Source: Nitrosopumilaceae archaeon (GTDB taxonomy: Archaea > Thermoproteota > Nitrososphaeria > Nitrososphaerales > Nitrosopumilaceae). From it: a DNA stretch of 64,000 nt. Shown here piece after piece: positions 22,301-33,145 of the stretch (its first letter is position 1; each line of letters begins with the position of its first letter). Where the stretch lies: positions 1,888,001-1,952,000 of the forward strand of contig OZ242274.1 in the NCBI GenBank assembly GCA_965207375.1, written 5' to 3'. The notes beneath the pieces are model-generated. The model had not been told where the DNA came from. It worked only from the letters and a program-made list of their open reading frames with translations, and did not search any database. The position numbers were made by a program, and so were the translations under genes.

Positions 22301-25300
22301 CCAGGTGTTGCAGATAGGCTTGTTGGTGCAGCAGGTACAGTTCTAGGTGTAGCATCAGTAGTGCTAGATGCCGTTCCTGTTCCTGCTGTATTTACTGCAC
22401 TTACTCTAAACTGATACTGTACACCGTTTGTAAGACCTGTTACAATGACCGTTGTACTAGTTGATGTGCCATCAGTAAAGGTGTTCCATAAAGTCCCATC
22501 TGTACTGTATTCTATTTTATAATCTGTAATTGGAGAACCACCATTGGTTGCAGGAGCAGTCCAAGATAATGAGACTTGAGAGTTACCAGGTGTTGCAGAA
22601 AGACTTGTTGGTGCAGCAGGTACAGTAATAGATGTAGGATTTAACGAGGTAGACACGGTCAGAGATATCGTATTTGAAGCAATGTTATCGTTGCCTGCCA
22701 TGTCCTGTGCAGATCCTACAGGTATGTTTACTGTAAGTGTACCACTTGACGGATTTGTCACCGTAAAGTAATGTGCATTACGCTCTACGTATATTCTATA
22801 ATTGTTAGCATCAGTAACATAAACGCCTCCTGCAGGACCGATAGCAATAGAGTTTAGAATAGTGCCAAAAAAGTCACTAGTTAAAGTACCGTTAAATTGT
22901 GAAATATATGTTCCTGATGGATCAAAAATTTGAATACGGTTATTCCCTGCATCTGTAACATATATGTAATCTGTATCATTGATTGCTATTCCAGTAGGGC
23001 GGTCAAACTGTCCATCTCCTGAACCTCCACTGCCAAAAGAATTCAAATGATTGCCAGAGGAATTAAATATCAAGATACGGTGATTATAATTATCTGATGC
23101 AAATATGTGACCCGTGGAGTTTATTGCTACTTTTCCTCGCGGTTCTTGATTATTAGGTGTGCTAATCTGTGCCAAATAATTGCCAGAAGGGTCAAATATT
23201 TGGATACGACTATTGAACGAATCTGTAATAAATAGGTGATCCGTAGAGTTTGTTATTATTCCTCCATTCCAAGAATCAAACTGACCATCCTCATTACCAT
23301 ATTCTCCAAACTGTGCCAAATAATTGCCAGAAGGATCAAATATTTGGATACGGTCATTGTGCGAATCAAGAACAAATATGTGACCCGTGGAATTTACTGT
23401 TATTCCATTAGGAGTATTAAATTGTCCATCTCTTGAACCTGCACTGCCAAAAGAATTCAAATGATTGCCAGAGGAGTCAAATATCATGATACGATGTTGG
23501 TTTATATCTGTAACAAATATGTGACCCGTGGAATTTACTGTTATATCAAACGCACGATTAAAAGAGTTATCAATCCTACTGCTAAAATAACCTTGAAAGG
23601 GGGAAATAAAATTCTGCACCGTTCCAGAAGATACAGAAATATCAGATATTTCAAATCCAGTAACATTCTCACTGAATTTTATAAAAAATGGTATAGATGA
23701 AAGGGTTGTCGATCCTGATACAGTAGTGGACAATCTTACAGATGGAGACGCAGTATCAATGGTATCAGGTATGGTATAATCAAGAGAGTCAGATGTAGCC
23801 CCCGACCCTATCGCGTTTATTGCACTTACTCTAAACTGATAAGCTTGTCCGTTTGTGATACCTGTGACAATTGTAGAGGTTTTATTAAATACACCATCAT
23901 CAAAGGTACTCCATGAAGTGCCTGCGTTTGAGCTGTATTCGATTTTATAATCTGTAATTGCAGAACCGCCGTTGTTTGTTGGTGCAGTCCAAGATAATGT
24001 GATTCTGGCATTGCCAGGTGTTGCAGAAAGACTCGTTGGTGCACCTGGAGTAGATACTGGTGTTGCAGAAACAGTACCAGATGCTATTCCCGTACCTACC
24101 AGATTTATGGCATAAATTCTAAAATCATATTGTTCTCCGTTTGTCAAGCCGGTTATAATATGTGATGTCAGATTACCTATGGTGTCAGATGTACCAGGCC
24201 ATGATTCTGTTGATGCCTTGTGTTGTATGGTATATCCAGTAATTGCAGAGCCGCCATTGTTTGTTGGAGCAGTCCAAGATAGTGTAACTTGAGAGTTGCC
24301 AGGTGTTGGATTAAGACCTGTTGGTGCAGTAGGGGGTATTGCAGGTGTAGCATCAGTAATACTAGATGCCGTTCCTATTCCTATCGTAGTTATTGCACTT
24401 ACTCTAAATTGATATTGTACACCGTTTGTAAGACCTGTTATAATGACAGTTGTGTCAGTGGATGTGCCATCAGTAAATGTATTCCATGAAGTACCTGCGT
24501 TTGCACTGTATTCTATTTTATAATCTGTAATTGCAGAACCGCCATTGTTTGTTGGAGCAGTCCAAGACAGTGTAACTTGAGAGTTGCCAGGTGTTGGATT
24601 AAGACCTGTTGGTGCAGTAGGTGTAGTTACAGGGGTAGCAGAAACAGTTGCATGTGTGTCACTCTCCCCTATCGCATTTATTGTACTTACTCGGAACTGG
24701 TAAGCCTGTCCGTTTGTAAGACCTGTGACGGTTACAGTTGTTGTAGTTGCAGTGCCGTCATTGACTGTAGTCCATGTGTTCCCATTTATACTGTACTCTA
24801 TTTTATAATCTGTAATTGCAGATCCTCCATTATTTGGTGCAGTCCAGGACAGTGTAACTTGAGAGTTGCCAGGTGTTGCAGAAAGACTTGCTGGTGCAGC
24901 AGGTTTGCTTGTAGGTGTGGCACTAATAGTATCAGATACCGAACTCGGTCCTTCTGCATTTATTGCACTTACTCTGAACTGATACTGTACACCGTTTGTA
25001 AGACCTTCGATAGGGACAAATGCCTGAGGGCTAATACCGTCATCAAATGTACTCCAAGTTGTACCCGAGTCTGAACTGTACTCTATTTTATAATCGGTAA
25101 TTGCAGATCCTCCATTATTTGGTGCAACCCAAGATAAAGTTATGTATCCACTATCTGGGGTTCCAAACTCAGAGGTGGCAATTAAACCGGTAGGAGCTGT
25201 AGGTATGGTTGCAGGTGTGGCACTAGTAGTATCAGATACTGGACCTTGTCCTTCTGCATTTATTGCACTTACACGGAACTGGTAAGCTTGTCCGTTTGTT

Positions 25301-26667
25301 AAACCCGTTACGATAGTAGAGGTGGTAGTTGCAGTGCCGTCAGTAAATGTAGTCCATAAAGTCCCATCTGTACTGTATTCTATTTTATAATCTGTAATTG
25401 CAGAGCCACCGTTGGTTGCAGGAGCAGTCCAAGACAGTGTAACCTGTGTGTTGCCATGTTCTACAGTAAAATCGGTAGGCATACCAAGAACTCCCAATAT
25501 ATTTAGGGTTATTGTATTTGAGGCAGTATTACCACTTCCACCTTTATCCTGTACAGATCCGGCAGGTATGTTTACTGTGAGTGTACCAGTTTGTGGGTCT
25601 TGTACTCTAAAAGAATACGCATCATTGTTCATGTAGATTCGGCTATTACCAGTATCTACCACATAGATAGATCCTGTCGAGTCAAATGCAATGCCTATAG
25701 GGTTTGAAAACCGACCACCTGTTGTGTCAAAACCTTCAAACTTGTCAAGGAATTTGCCTGATGGGTCAAATATCTGGGTACGGTTGTGGCCAGCATCTAT
25801 TACATAGACTGCTCCTGTTGAGTTGAGTGCAATATGACGTGGATCATCAAATCGACCGTCTTGATTTATGCTACCACTTCCGCCAAACTTGCCAATCACG
25901 TTGCCTGAGGGGTCAAAAATCAGAACTGCGTTATAGGATTCAGTCGTCACGTAAATGTAACCAGTACTGTTTATTGCTATTCCAAATGGTAGAGTAGACT
26001 GCCTGTCGCCTGTGGTGCCTTTAAATTTTGAGGTAAATGTGCCCATACTATCAAATACCTGGATTCGACCATTATTTCGATCTGTTACATAGACATAACC
26101 AGTACTGTTTATTGCTATTCCTTGAGGGGTACTAAACTGACCGTCTCCTGTGCCTTTTGTGCCAAACTGACTCAAAAATTTGCCTGATGGATCAAATATC
26201 TGGATTCTATTGTGGCCGGAATCTACCACATAGATGTAATCGGTACTGTTTATTGTTATTGCTCGTGGTGATTCAAATTGTCCGTCTCCTGTGCCTTTTG
26301 TGCCAAAATGCGAGACATAAGTCATGGAATTGTCAAATATTGCGATTCGTTCATTTTCTGTATCTGCTACAAATATGTGGCCTGTACTGTTTATTGCTAT
26401 TCCTTGAGGGCTCCGAAGTTGAGCTTCATTTGTACCAAATTGTCCAAAATAACCATTAAACGGTGCAATTAGATTCTGTACCGTTCCAGAAGATACTGTA
26501 ACATCAGATGCACTAAAGCCGGTTACATTTTCGCTGAATTGAGCCGTAAATGGAATAGATAGAAAGTTAGTAGAATTTGGCGCAGGAGTAGATAATACTA
26601 CAGTAGGAGAATCTGCAAAGGCATTCTGATCAAGTACAGATATTGTAGATATGAGAGATATCGATAG

Positions 26668-28410
26668 GATTCTCCAGCGTTATCTGTTGGTCAAAGTCAA
26701 TATGCAAATTTTCTCCGAATTGCCCGTGCCTAAAATTTCTTCAATTGTTACATAGTTTGTTCTTGTGCAGGTAAAAGAGATCAAAAATTTAACCATTTTT
26801 TCAAAATTTGTTAACCCACATGATCCAAATACACACGACATGTAGTCCCATCGATTACCACAATGATGGGACAAACACATCAAAAACCATGTACAGGATC
26901 AAAATTTAAACTACACGAAAAATTTGAGGCTATACGAAACAAGACATCTACACTGCTTACGCGCAGTACTGACAAAATGACACGAGTTACCAGATGGATG
27001 AGTACACGTGTATCCTGGAGTAAGGGTGCACAAGGGCGTGGAAACCGTGCCTTGAAAATACTAGAAACACAAAATGCAATAAAAAAAGTCAAACCTAACC
27101 ATTACACAGTACAGTCCCAATCTAAGGACAACATCAGATATACCGTGATACAGAAAAAAAATTCTTGGTCATGTGACTGTCCAGATTACAAATACAGACA
27201 AGCTCAATGCAAACACATCCTGGCAGTAATTGCAGATGTAACAGATAGAGAGGCAGAGACAATAATGGATGGACACCCCAAAGATGCGTCTGAGCTGCCT
27301 TGCCAGGACAAACAGATCAAAGATACAGATGACAGCACTGAAAAGGTCACAGAAATATGTCTAATAGAAATCCCATCCCACTGTATTCGTTGCGGTAACG
27401 ACCGTCTCATAAAATATGGTCATATACAGCGTCAAAATGGCATTACACAGCGATACCAATGCAAAAATTGCAAGCGTGTTTTTGGGTACAGAGGCGGCAT
27501 GGAACATGCACGAATAGAATCATGGGCAATTCTAGATGCACTTGATGCCTACTTTAAAGGACATACACCTACTGCAATACAAGACACGCTAGCACAAAAG
27601 GGAGTGTATGTGTGTATATCTACGATATACAGATGGATAATCAAATTTGTAACAATGGCGTATAGATACCTGATGTCACTTTCAATTAATACAGGCAATC
27701 GATTCTGTGCAGACGAGGAATACATTTCAATAAGAGGTAAACAAAATTATCTTTTTGCAGAGACTGATTATGATACCCGATTTTTGCTGGCATTGGAGGT
27801 TGCAGACTGCAAGGACGGACACAATGCAGAAAATCTACTCAAAACTGCAGCAGTTCGTGCCGGAAAGAAACCTACAGAATTTGTAAGCGATGCCCTGCCC
27901 TCATATGCACAGGCATTTGAATCAGTGTATGCTGCACCAAACGCGATACATCAACATTGTATACACATATCAAATGCAGGAATTTCCAAAAAGAACAACA
28001 ACAATGTCCAGGAAAGATTCAATGGAACATTACGTTCTATACAACGACCCAGACGCGGCATTAAAAGTAAAAACTCGCCAATATTTGCAGGATGTGATAT
28101 TTATTACAATTTCATGCGACCTCACTCGAGTCTTGGAGGCAGGACGCCTGCAGAGGCTGCAGGCATAACTATACACGGACAAAAGTGGAGGACCGTAATA
28201 TCAAACGCTGCACTGTACGTGCAATAAACTATAATGTCAAAGTTACATGTGTGATGAAACAGTGACAACTCGGAGAAGATTATGTTCTGCTAATGTGTGA
28301 TTGCTTTGATAATGTGTGATTGATCTGCTGGTACAGGCAGTAATCTAGGCACGGGCAATCCAGAGAAAATTTGTATATTGACTTTTACCAACAATTAATG
28401 CTGGAGAATC
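26668..28410 (+). mobile_element. 1743-bp IS with SWIM/Zn-ribbon/IS6-like DDE transposase, copy 1
   Basis: About 65-bp imperfect TIRs starting GATTCTCCAGC; 8-bp TSD ATCGATAG (26660-26667 and 28411-28418). Confidence 0.95.
26863..28227 (+). CDS. Transposase (SWIM finger, Zn ribbon, IS6/IS240-like DDE)
   Basis: CDCPD...CKH SWIM; CxxC...QRYQCKNC; ADE, SDAL, NNVQERFNG, YNFMRPH. Confidence 0.9.
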   Translation: MMGQTHQKPCTGSKFKLHEKFEAIRNKTSTLLTRSTDKMTRVTRWMSTRVSWSKGAQGRGNRALKILETQNAIKKVKPNHYTVQSQSKDNIRYTVIQKKNSWSCDCPDYKYRQAQCKHILAVIADVTDREAETIMDGHPKDASELPCQDKQIKDTDDSTEKVTEICLIEIPSHCIRCGNDRLIKYGHIQRQNGITQRYQCKNCKRVFGYRGGMEHARIESWAILDALDAYFKGHTPTAIQDTLAQKGVYVCISTIYRWIIKFVTMAYRYLMSLSINTGNRFCADEEYISIRGKQNYLFAETDYDTRFLLALEVADCKDGHNAENLLKTAAVRAGKKPTEFVSDALPSYAQAFESVYAAPNAIHQHCIHISNAGISKKNNNNVQERFNGTLRSIQRPRRGIKSKNSPIFAGCDIYYNFMRPHSSLGGRTPAEAAGITIHGQKWRTVISNAALYVQ

Positions 28411-28463
28411 ATCGATAGTAACAGAATATAACATTGCAATCGAGTTGGATTCATTTATTTGAA

Positions 28464-28473
28464 CCCCCCCCCC
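28464..28473 (-). repeat. G10 homopolymer just upstream of the giant gene's ATG
   Basis: C10 on + strand in an AT-rich context. Confidence 0.85.
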
Positions 28474-29056
28474 GTCCCGTAAGGGGTAAGTTCAGTATTC
28501 CAAACAAGTGTTATATCATAATACATTATAATCACAGTTTTACATTATACATATTCAATTATGTGTAAATTATTTTACAGTTTTTAAATTTATTAGTTAA
28601 CCCTAGCCAATCAAAGTTACTGTAAAATACACATAGATTGAAGTCTAAAAAGACAGTAGGTATTACATTAGGAATCATCAGAAATATTGATTTTATCATT
28701 ATGGCGTTTGTCTAATTTGGACACTATATATAGCAAATACATCATGTGTTTTTTCCATAAATCAAGAGTAATGACTCAGATAGACGATCAAATACAATAA
28801 CAGCTATAATCCAAGGAAAAAAATTGCGTGTTAGAGGATATTATTTATCGGATAATCACCTGAGACAATGATCGTTTAGATATTGTATTTTTTGCAATGG
28901 AATGTGCAGGTTTAACGTACACATGTAGTATTCATATTTTGTTCGTGTATACTCTAAGACCATTTTGACAAGTGTTGTCCTACCAGTCTCAAATGGGCCA
29001 AGTCTACAGCAACTGATCCATTAACATTTAGTAATTAGTAACGTGTTTGATTTTTT

Positions 29057-30967
29057 ATGTCTGAGAAATTTTTAATCGGACTTGGCAATAACAAGCCAGA
29101 AATTCGCAAATCAGCAGATTCGGATTTTGTTTCCTTTTGGGATAATGAGGCAAAAAAATTATCATGGTTTGAACCTTGGACGAAAACTCTTGATTGGAAT
29201 TTTCCCTTTGCAAGGTGGTTTGTAGGAGGTAAAATCAACGCGTCATATAACGCACTGGATGTTCATCAAAGGGATAGTGCATCAAAACCTGCAATATTGT
29301 GGGAGGGTGAAAATGGTGATTCGAAGGTATTATCGTATCAGGATATGTGGGAGGAGGTTCAAAAATTTTCCAATGTGCTAAAATCACTTGGCTTGAAAAA
29401 GGGAGACCGCATAACAATCTATCTGCCAATGGTACCAGAGTTACCAATTGCAATGTTGGCATGTGCAAGAATTGGTGTTACACATACAGTGGTGTTTTCC
29501 GGATTTAGTGCAGTCTCATTAAAAGATAGAATTGAGGATTCTGAATCAAAGCTTGTCATCACTGCAGATGGAGGATATAGACGCGGCAACATTGTAAAGC
29601 TCAAAGAAACAGTAGATGAGGTAATTGTAGATCTTGATTTTGTAAAAAACGTAATTGTAGTAAAGAGAACAAAAAACAAAATACAGATGAATTTGCGAGA
29701 TCATTATTGGTATGATTTGACAGACAACGTATCATCTAAATGTCCTGCAGAAAAATTAGACAGTGCACATCCGCTTTACATACTGTATACATCAGGTACC
29801 ACAGGAAAGCCAAAGGGAGTGCTGCACGGTACGGGAGGATATCTGACACATTTGCATTCCACATTTAGATGGGCATTTGACATAAAGAATTCAGATGTTT
29901 ATTTTTGTACAGCAGACATTGGATGGGTAACAGGACACAGCTATACAGTGTATGCTCCATTACTTTGTGGTGCAACACAAGTAATGTACGAAGGTGCACC
30001 AGATTTTCCTGACACAGCTAGAATGTGGGAAATACTACAAAAGTACAAGGTTACCATATTTTATACAACTCCTACGGCACTGCGAATGTTTATGAAATTT
30101 GGAGACAATATTCCAAATTCATTTGATCTTTGTTCACTCAGATTGTTGGGAACAGTTGGAGAGCCAATAAATCCCGAGGTTTGGAGGTGGTATTTTAAAA
30201 CGATTGGAAAGGAAAAATGCCCCATTATTGATACTTGGTGGCAAACAGAGACTGGAGGCATGCTGATTTCTCCCCTTCCAGGATTAGAAACTATACCATT
30301 AAAGCCAGGATCTGCAGCTAGACCAATTCCAGGATTAGATGTGGCAATAGTTGACGAGGCAGGAAACGATGTCAAACCAAACACAAAGGGACACCTTGTA
30401 ATTAAAACTCCATGGCCAGGAATGTTATTGACCCTGTGGAAGGATGATAAAAAGTACAAAACGGCATATTGGTCAAAATATGAAAATTGTTATCATCCCG
30501 GAGACTATGCAATAAAAGATGAGGATGGATATTTTTGGTTATTGGGACGTGCAGACGACGTGCTCAAGGTTGCAGGTCATCGCATTGGTACTGCTGAGCT
30601 GGAAAGTAGCATTGTGACACATGCAGACGTTGCAGAATCTGCAGTGTGTGGAGTGGCAGATAATACAAAAGGCGAAGTCATTGTGGCATTTGTGGTTTTA
30701 AAAGACAAAGTAGACAGAGATCCTGTCCTGCTTCGTAAAGAGATCACAGTCAAAATTCGTAACGGCGTAGGACCAATTGCCACCCCTGAACAAATCTATT
30801 TTGTATCTAAACTTCCAAAAACACGAAGTGGTAAAATCATGCGGCGGTTACTCAAGGCAATTGCAGGAAAACAAACCATAGGAGATATCAGTACTTTGGA
30901 AGACGGTACAGCAGTTGCTGATGTTCAATCTGCATTTGACGAGTTACAAAAATCCGTCGGTAGTTAA
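29057..30967 (+). CDS. acs: Acetate--CoA ligase-family acyl-CoA synthetase
   Basis: YTSGTTGKPKG, DTWWQTETGG, PKTRSGKIMRR. Confidence 0.92.
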   Translation: MSEKFLIGLGNNKPEIRKSADSDFVSFWDNEAKKLSWFEPWTKTLDWNFPFARWFVGGKINASYNALDVHQRDSASKPAILWEGENGDSKVLSYQDMWEEVQKFSNVLKSLGLKKGDRITIYLPMVPELPIAMLACARIGVTHTVVFSGFSAVSLKDRIEDSESKLVITADGGYRRGNIVKLKETVDEVIVDLDFVKNVIVVKRTKNKIQMNLRDHYWYDLTDNVSSKCPAEKLDSAHPLYILYTSGTTGKPKGVLHGTGGYLTHLHSTFRWAFDIKNSDVYFCTADIGWVTGHSYTVYAPLLCGATQVMYEGAPDFPDTARMWEILQKYKVTIFYTTPTALRMFMKFGDNIPNSFDLCSLRLLGTVGEPINPEVWRWYFKTIGKEKCPIIDTWWQTETGGMLISPLPGLETIPLKPGSAARPIPGLDVAIVDEAGNDVKPNTKGHLVIKTPWPGMLLTLWKDDKKYKTAYWSKYENCYHPGDYAIKDEDGYFWLLGRADDVLKVAGHRIGTAELESSIVTHADVAESAVCGVADNTKGEVIVAFVVLKDKVDRDPVLLRKEITVKIRNGVGPIATPEQIYFVSKLPKTRSGKIMRRLLKAIAGKQTIGDISTLEDGTAVADVQSAFDELQKSVGS

Positions 30968-30968
30968 A

Positions 30969-31598
30969 TCACTGTGGGTTTAATTCTGCGTTGCCAAATA
31001 AAACACTAAACGGCTTGCACCAAATTAAAACCTGATTGTATTTTTCCAAATCAACGTCATCAGGCATGACATAGTTTTGATTGCCTTGGTTTGCCTTTAA
31101 TTTTCCCAAACTGATAAAGTCAGATGCATGTTTGTCAGTTGCCAAGTAAACATACAGATCAGGACCGTTGGTAGATCGAAATTCTTCCAAGCGTAAGATT
31201 TCAGAGCCATCTTGCAAAGGAATAATTTTTGCAATTCCTTGAGCATCATGAATTCCATCACCTACACCTACAAATGTGCCCTCATAGAGCCTTGCAATTT
31301 CCTGTGTCTCTTCATCTTGTATCATGGTTTCTTTTTCTGTCATGGTTTCTTTTTGAGTTTCATCTTCCATGGTTTCTTTTTGAGTTTCATCTTCCATGGT
31401 TTCTTTTTCTGTCATGGTTTCTTTTTGGGTTTCTTCCATTTGTTCGTCTTGTGTAATTTCTTCCTCCATTGATTGTGTTATTACATTATCTGGCAAGGCT
31501 TCATTAATTGATGATTCGGTAAAGTACGGACTAAGAGCATAAGCAGAAATTGAAATTATCACTACAGCAACAGCTATTGAAATAATTACTTTGTTCAT
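30969..31598 (-). CDS. DM13-domain protein with N-terminal anchor and Glu/Met-rich repeat linker
   Basis: NGPDLYVYL, LKANQGNQNY, IWCKPFSVLFG. Confidence 0.88.
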   Translation of the reverse strand: MNKVIISIAVAVVIISISAYALSPYFTESSINEALPDNVITQSMEEEITQDEQMEETQKETMTEKETMEDETQKETMEDETQKETMTEKETMIQDEETQEIARLYEGTFVGVGDGIHDAQGIAKIIPLQDGSEILRLEEFRSTNGPDLYVYLATDKHASDFISLGKLKANQGNQNYVMPDDVDLEKYNQVLIWCKPFSVLFGNAELNPQ

Positions 31599-31906
31599 AA
31601 TGATGTTATTTCAAAATTGTATATAATGAATTCTCCAGATCTTTTACAAGTATAAAAAACATAAAATAATCAGGATATGACAGATACAGACATCTCAACA
31701 TCCTTTTGTCTCAATGTGTCAGCAATTGCAGTAGGATAGTGTTAATCCCACTAGGAGAACGCCTGTATTCATACACCTTAAAGTAGAACGAAAAAAGGCA
31801 GGTAAATTAATCATACTGATAGATTATTGTGCAAAACATGGAATCATTTTACGGGGTTTACGCTAGATTTTACCGATTACAAAATAAGATGTATTTCATA
31901 TACTGT

Positions 31907-32767
31907 CTACATGTATTTCTTATTTGCCCTGACATAATACTTTATGAACCATTTTAGAAAGTAAATTTCATCTAACATTGTCTGTCCTTTTTCTAGTGCC
32001 TGATAGTATTTTTTCCTATCTGCAAATCTGATATTTAGTGGAGGACAGTTGTTTTTTATCAGGATATAGTTCATCAACAGACGTGAAATTCTACCGTTAC
32101 CGTCTCCAAATGGATGAATGCTTACAAATCTAAAGTGGGCGATTCCTGCAAGCTCCACAGGTTCCATTTTCTTTTGTGATTTTTTGTACCACTTTAAAAA
32201 TTCGCTTACAAACTTTGGAACAAACTTCCAATGTGGAAATGTGGATTCGCTGTTTGTGACATAGACTGGGTATTTCCTTAGTTGTGCTGCAAACTCTGGT
32301 TTTGTACTCTTAAACATCTCCTTATGCCACAACATGATGACCTTGTAGGTCAACGATGGCAGTTTTTCTATCATCTTGTGATATGTTTGATGGTGCATCT
32401 TGGTTTCTATCATATCAGACTCGGGTTTGCTGTGTGGTGTCAATGAAAATCTCAGGAGATCATCGGTTTCTTTTTTTGTAAGAGTAGAGCCTTCAATTTT
32501 TTGCGTATCATGTGTAAATCCGAATGAGAATTCCCAAAGATGCTCCAGAATGAGAGATTTTGATTGCATCAGATAGCCTGCCTTGATTTTTTCTAGATCT
32601 GCACTCCAATTATTACGTAGCACCGATAGCAAAAACTCTCTTTTTATCTCAGATATGTTCTTTGGAATCTTTTTGCCAACGTATCTTTCATGTTGGCCTC
32701 TTCCAGTATTGTGAATTAAAACATAATACTCTTTTTTGTCTCTTTTGCGCTTTATTATGGAAGCCAT
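31907..32767 (-). CDS. Fic-family protein
   Basis: Canonical HPFGDGNGRISR motif; IEGSTL. Confidence 0.93.
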   Translation of the reverse strand: MASIIKRKRDKKEYYVLIHNTGRGQHERYVGKKIPKNISEIKREFLLSVLRNNWSADLEKIKAGYLMQSKSLILEHLWEFSFGFTHDTQKIEGSTLTKKETDDLLRFSLTPHSKPESDMIETKMHHQTYHKMIEKLPSLTYKVIMLWHKEMFKSTKPEFAAQLRKYPVYVTNSESTFPHWKFVPKFVSEFLKWYKKSQKKMEPVELAGIAHFRFVSIHPFGDGNGRISRLLMNYILIKNNCPPLNIRFADRKKYYQALEKGQTMLDEIYFLKWFIKYYVRANKKYM

Positions 32768-33023
32768 TGTTTAGTATCCAGCAAAATAGGATATAAATAT
32801 TAATTATTATAAAAAACGCTGGATATAAGGTATATGCGATACTATCCAAATTCAACACAGAAAAAAACACATCAGAGAAATGCCTTGATTCATGACATGT
32901 TAAAGTACACTCAATAGATACCATTCTACCATTTGGCACAGTATCATTTTCAGATTAACCACATAGGCAGACTAGCCTCAAATTAGATCGAGTCACAAAT
33001 CAATAATTTTAAAAATATTGTAG

Positions 33024-33100
33024 TGGTGCCAGGGGCGGGATTTGAACGCGCGACGGCTCGGTCTTCAGCCGAGTGCTCTTCCGGGCTGAGCTACCCTGGC
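33024..33100 (-). tRNA. tRNA-Phe(GAA), CCA encoded
   Basis: GCCAGGG acceptor stem; CTCGG-CTGAAGA-CCGAG anticodon arm; GTTCAAATC T-loop. Confidence 0.97.
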
Positions 33101-33145
33101 ACACGTGAAATTATCTCTGTGGAAATAAAAACTGTTCTTATTTTC

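Larger units (their letters stand above)
16690..28454 (-). pseudogene. Giant secreted FN3/NHL/Ig-like surface protein interrupted by two IS elements (2902 aa when rebuilt)
   Basis: ATG at 28454 begins signal peptide MNPTRLQCYILLLSISLISTISVLDQNAFA; removing both IS plus one TSD each gives an 8709-nt open frame joining ORFs 19369-26325 and 16690-17823; about 17 FN3, 3 NHL propellers, 1 DUF5011-like Ig. Confidence 0.92.

Noticed and set aside
19369-26325. Treating the 2318-aa and 377-aa ORFs as independent genes
   Set aside because: Both are IS-generated fragments of one gene; the QLTHQ tail is read from the IS TIR
28571-28629. 11-bp inverted repeat TATTTTACAGT/ACTGTAAAATA upstream of the giant gene
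   Set aside because: AT-rich with a long spacer; plausible by chance and no regulator evidence
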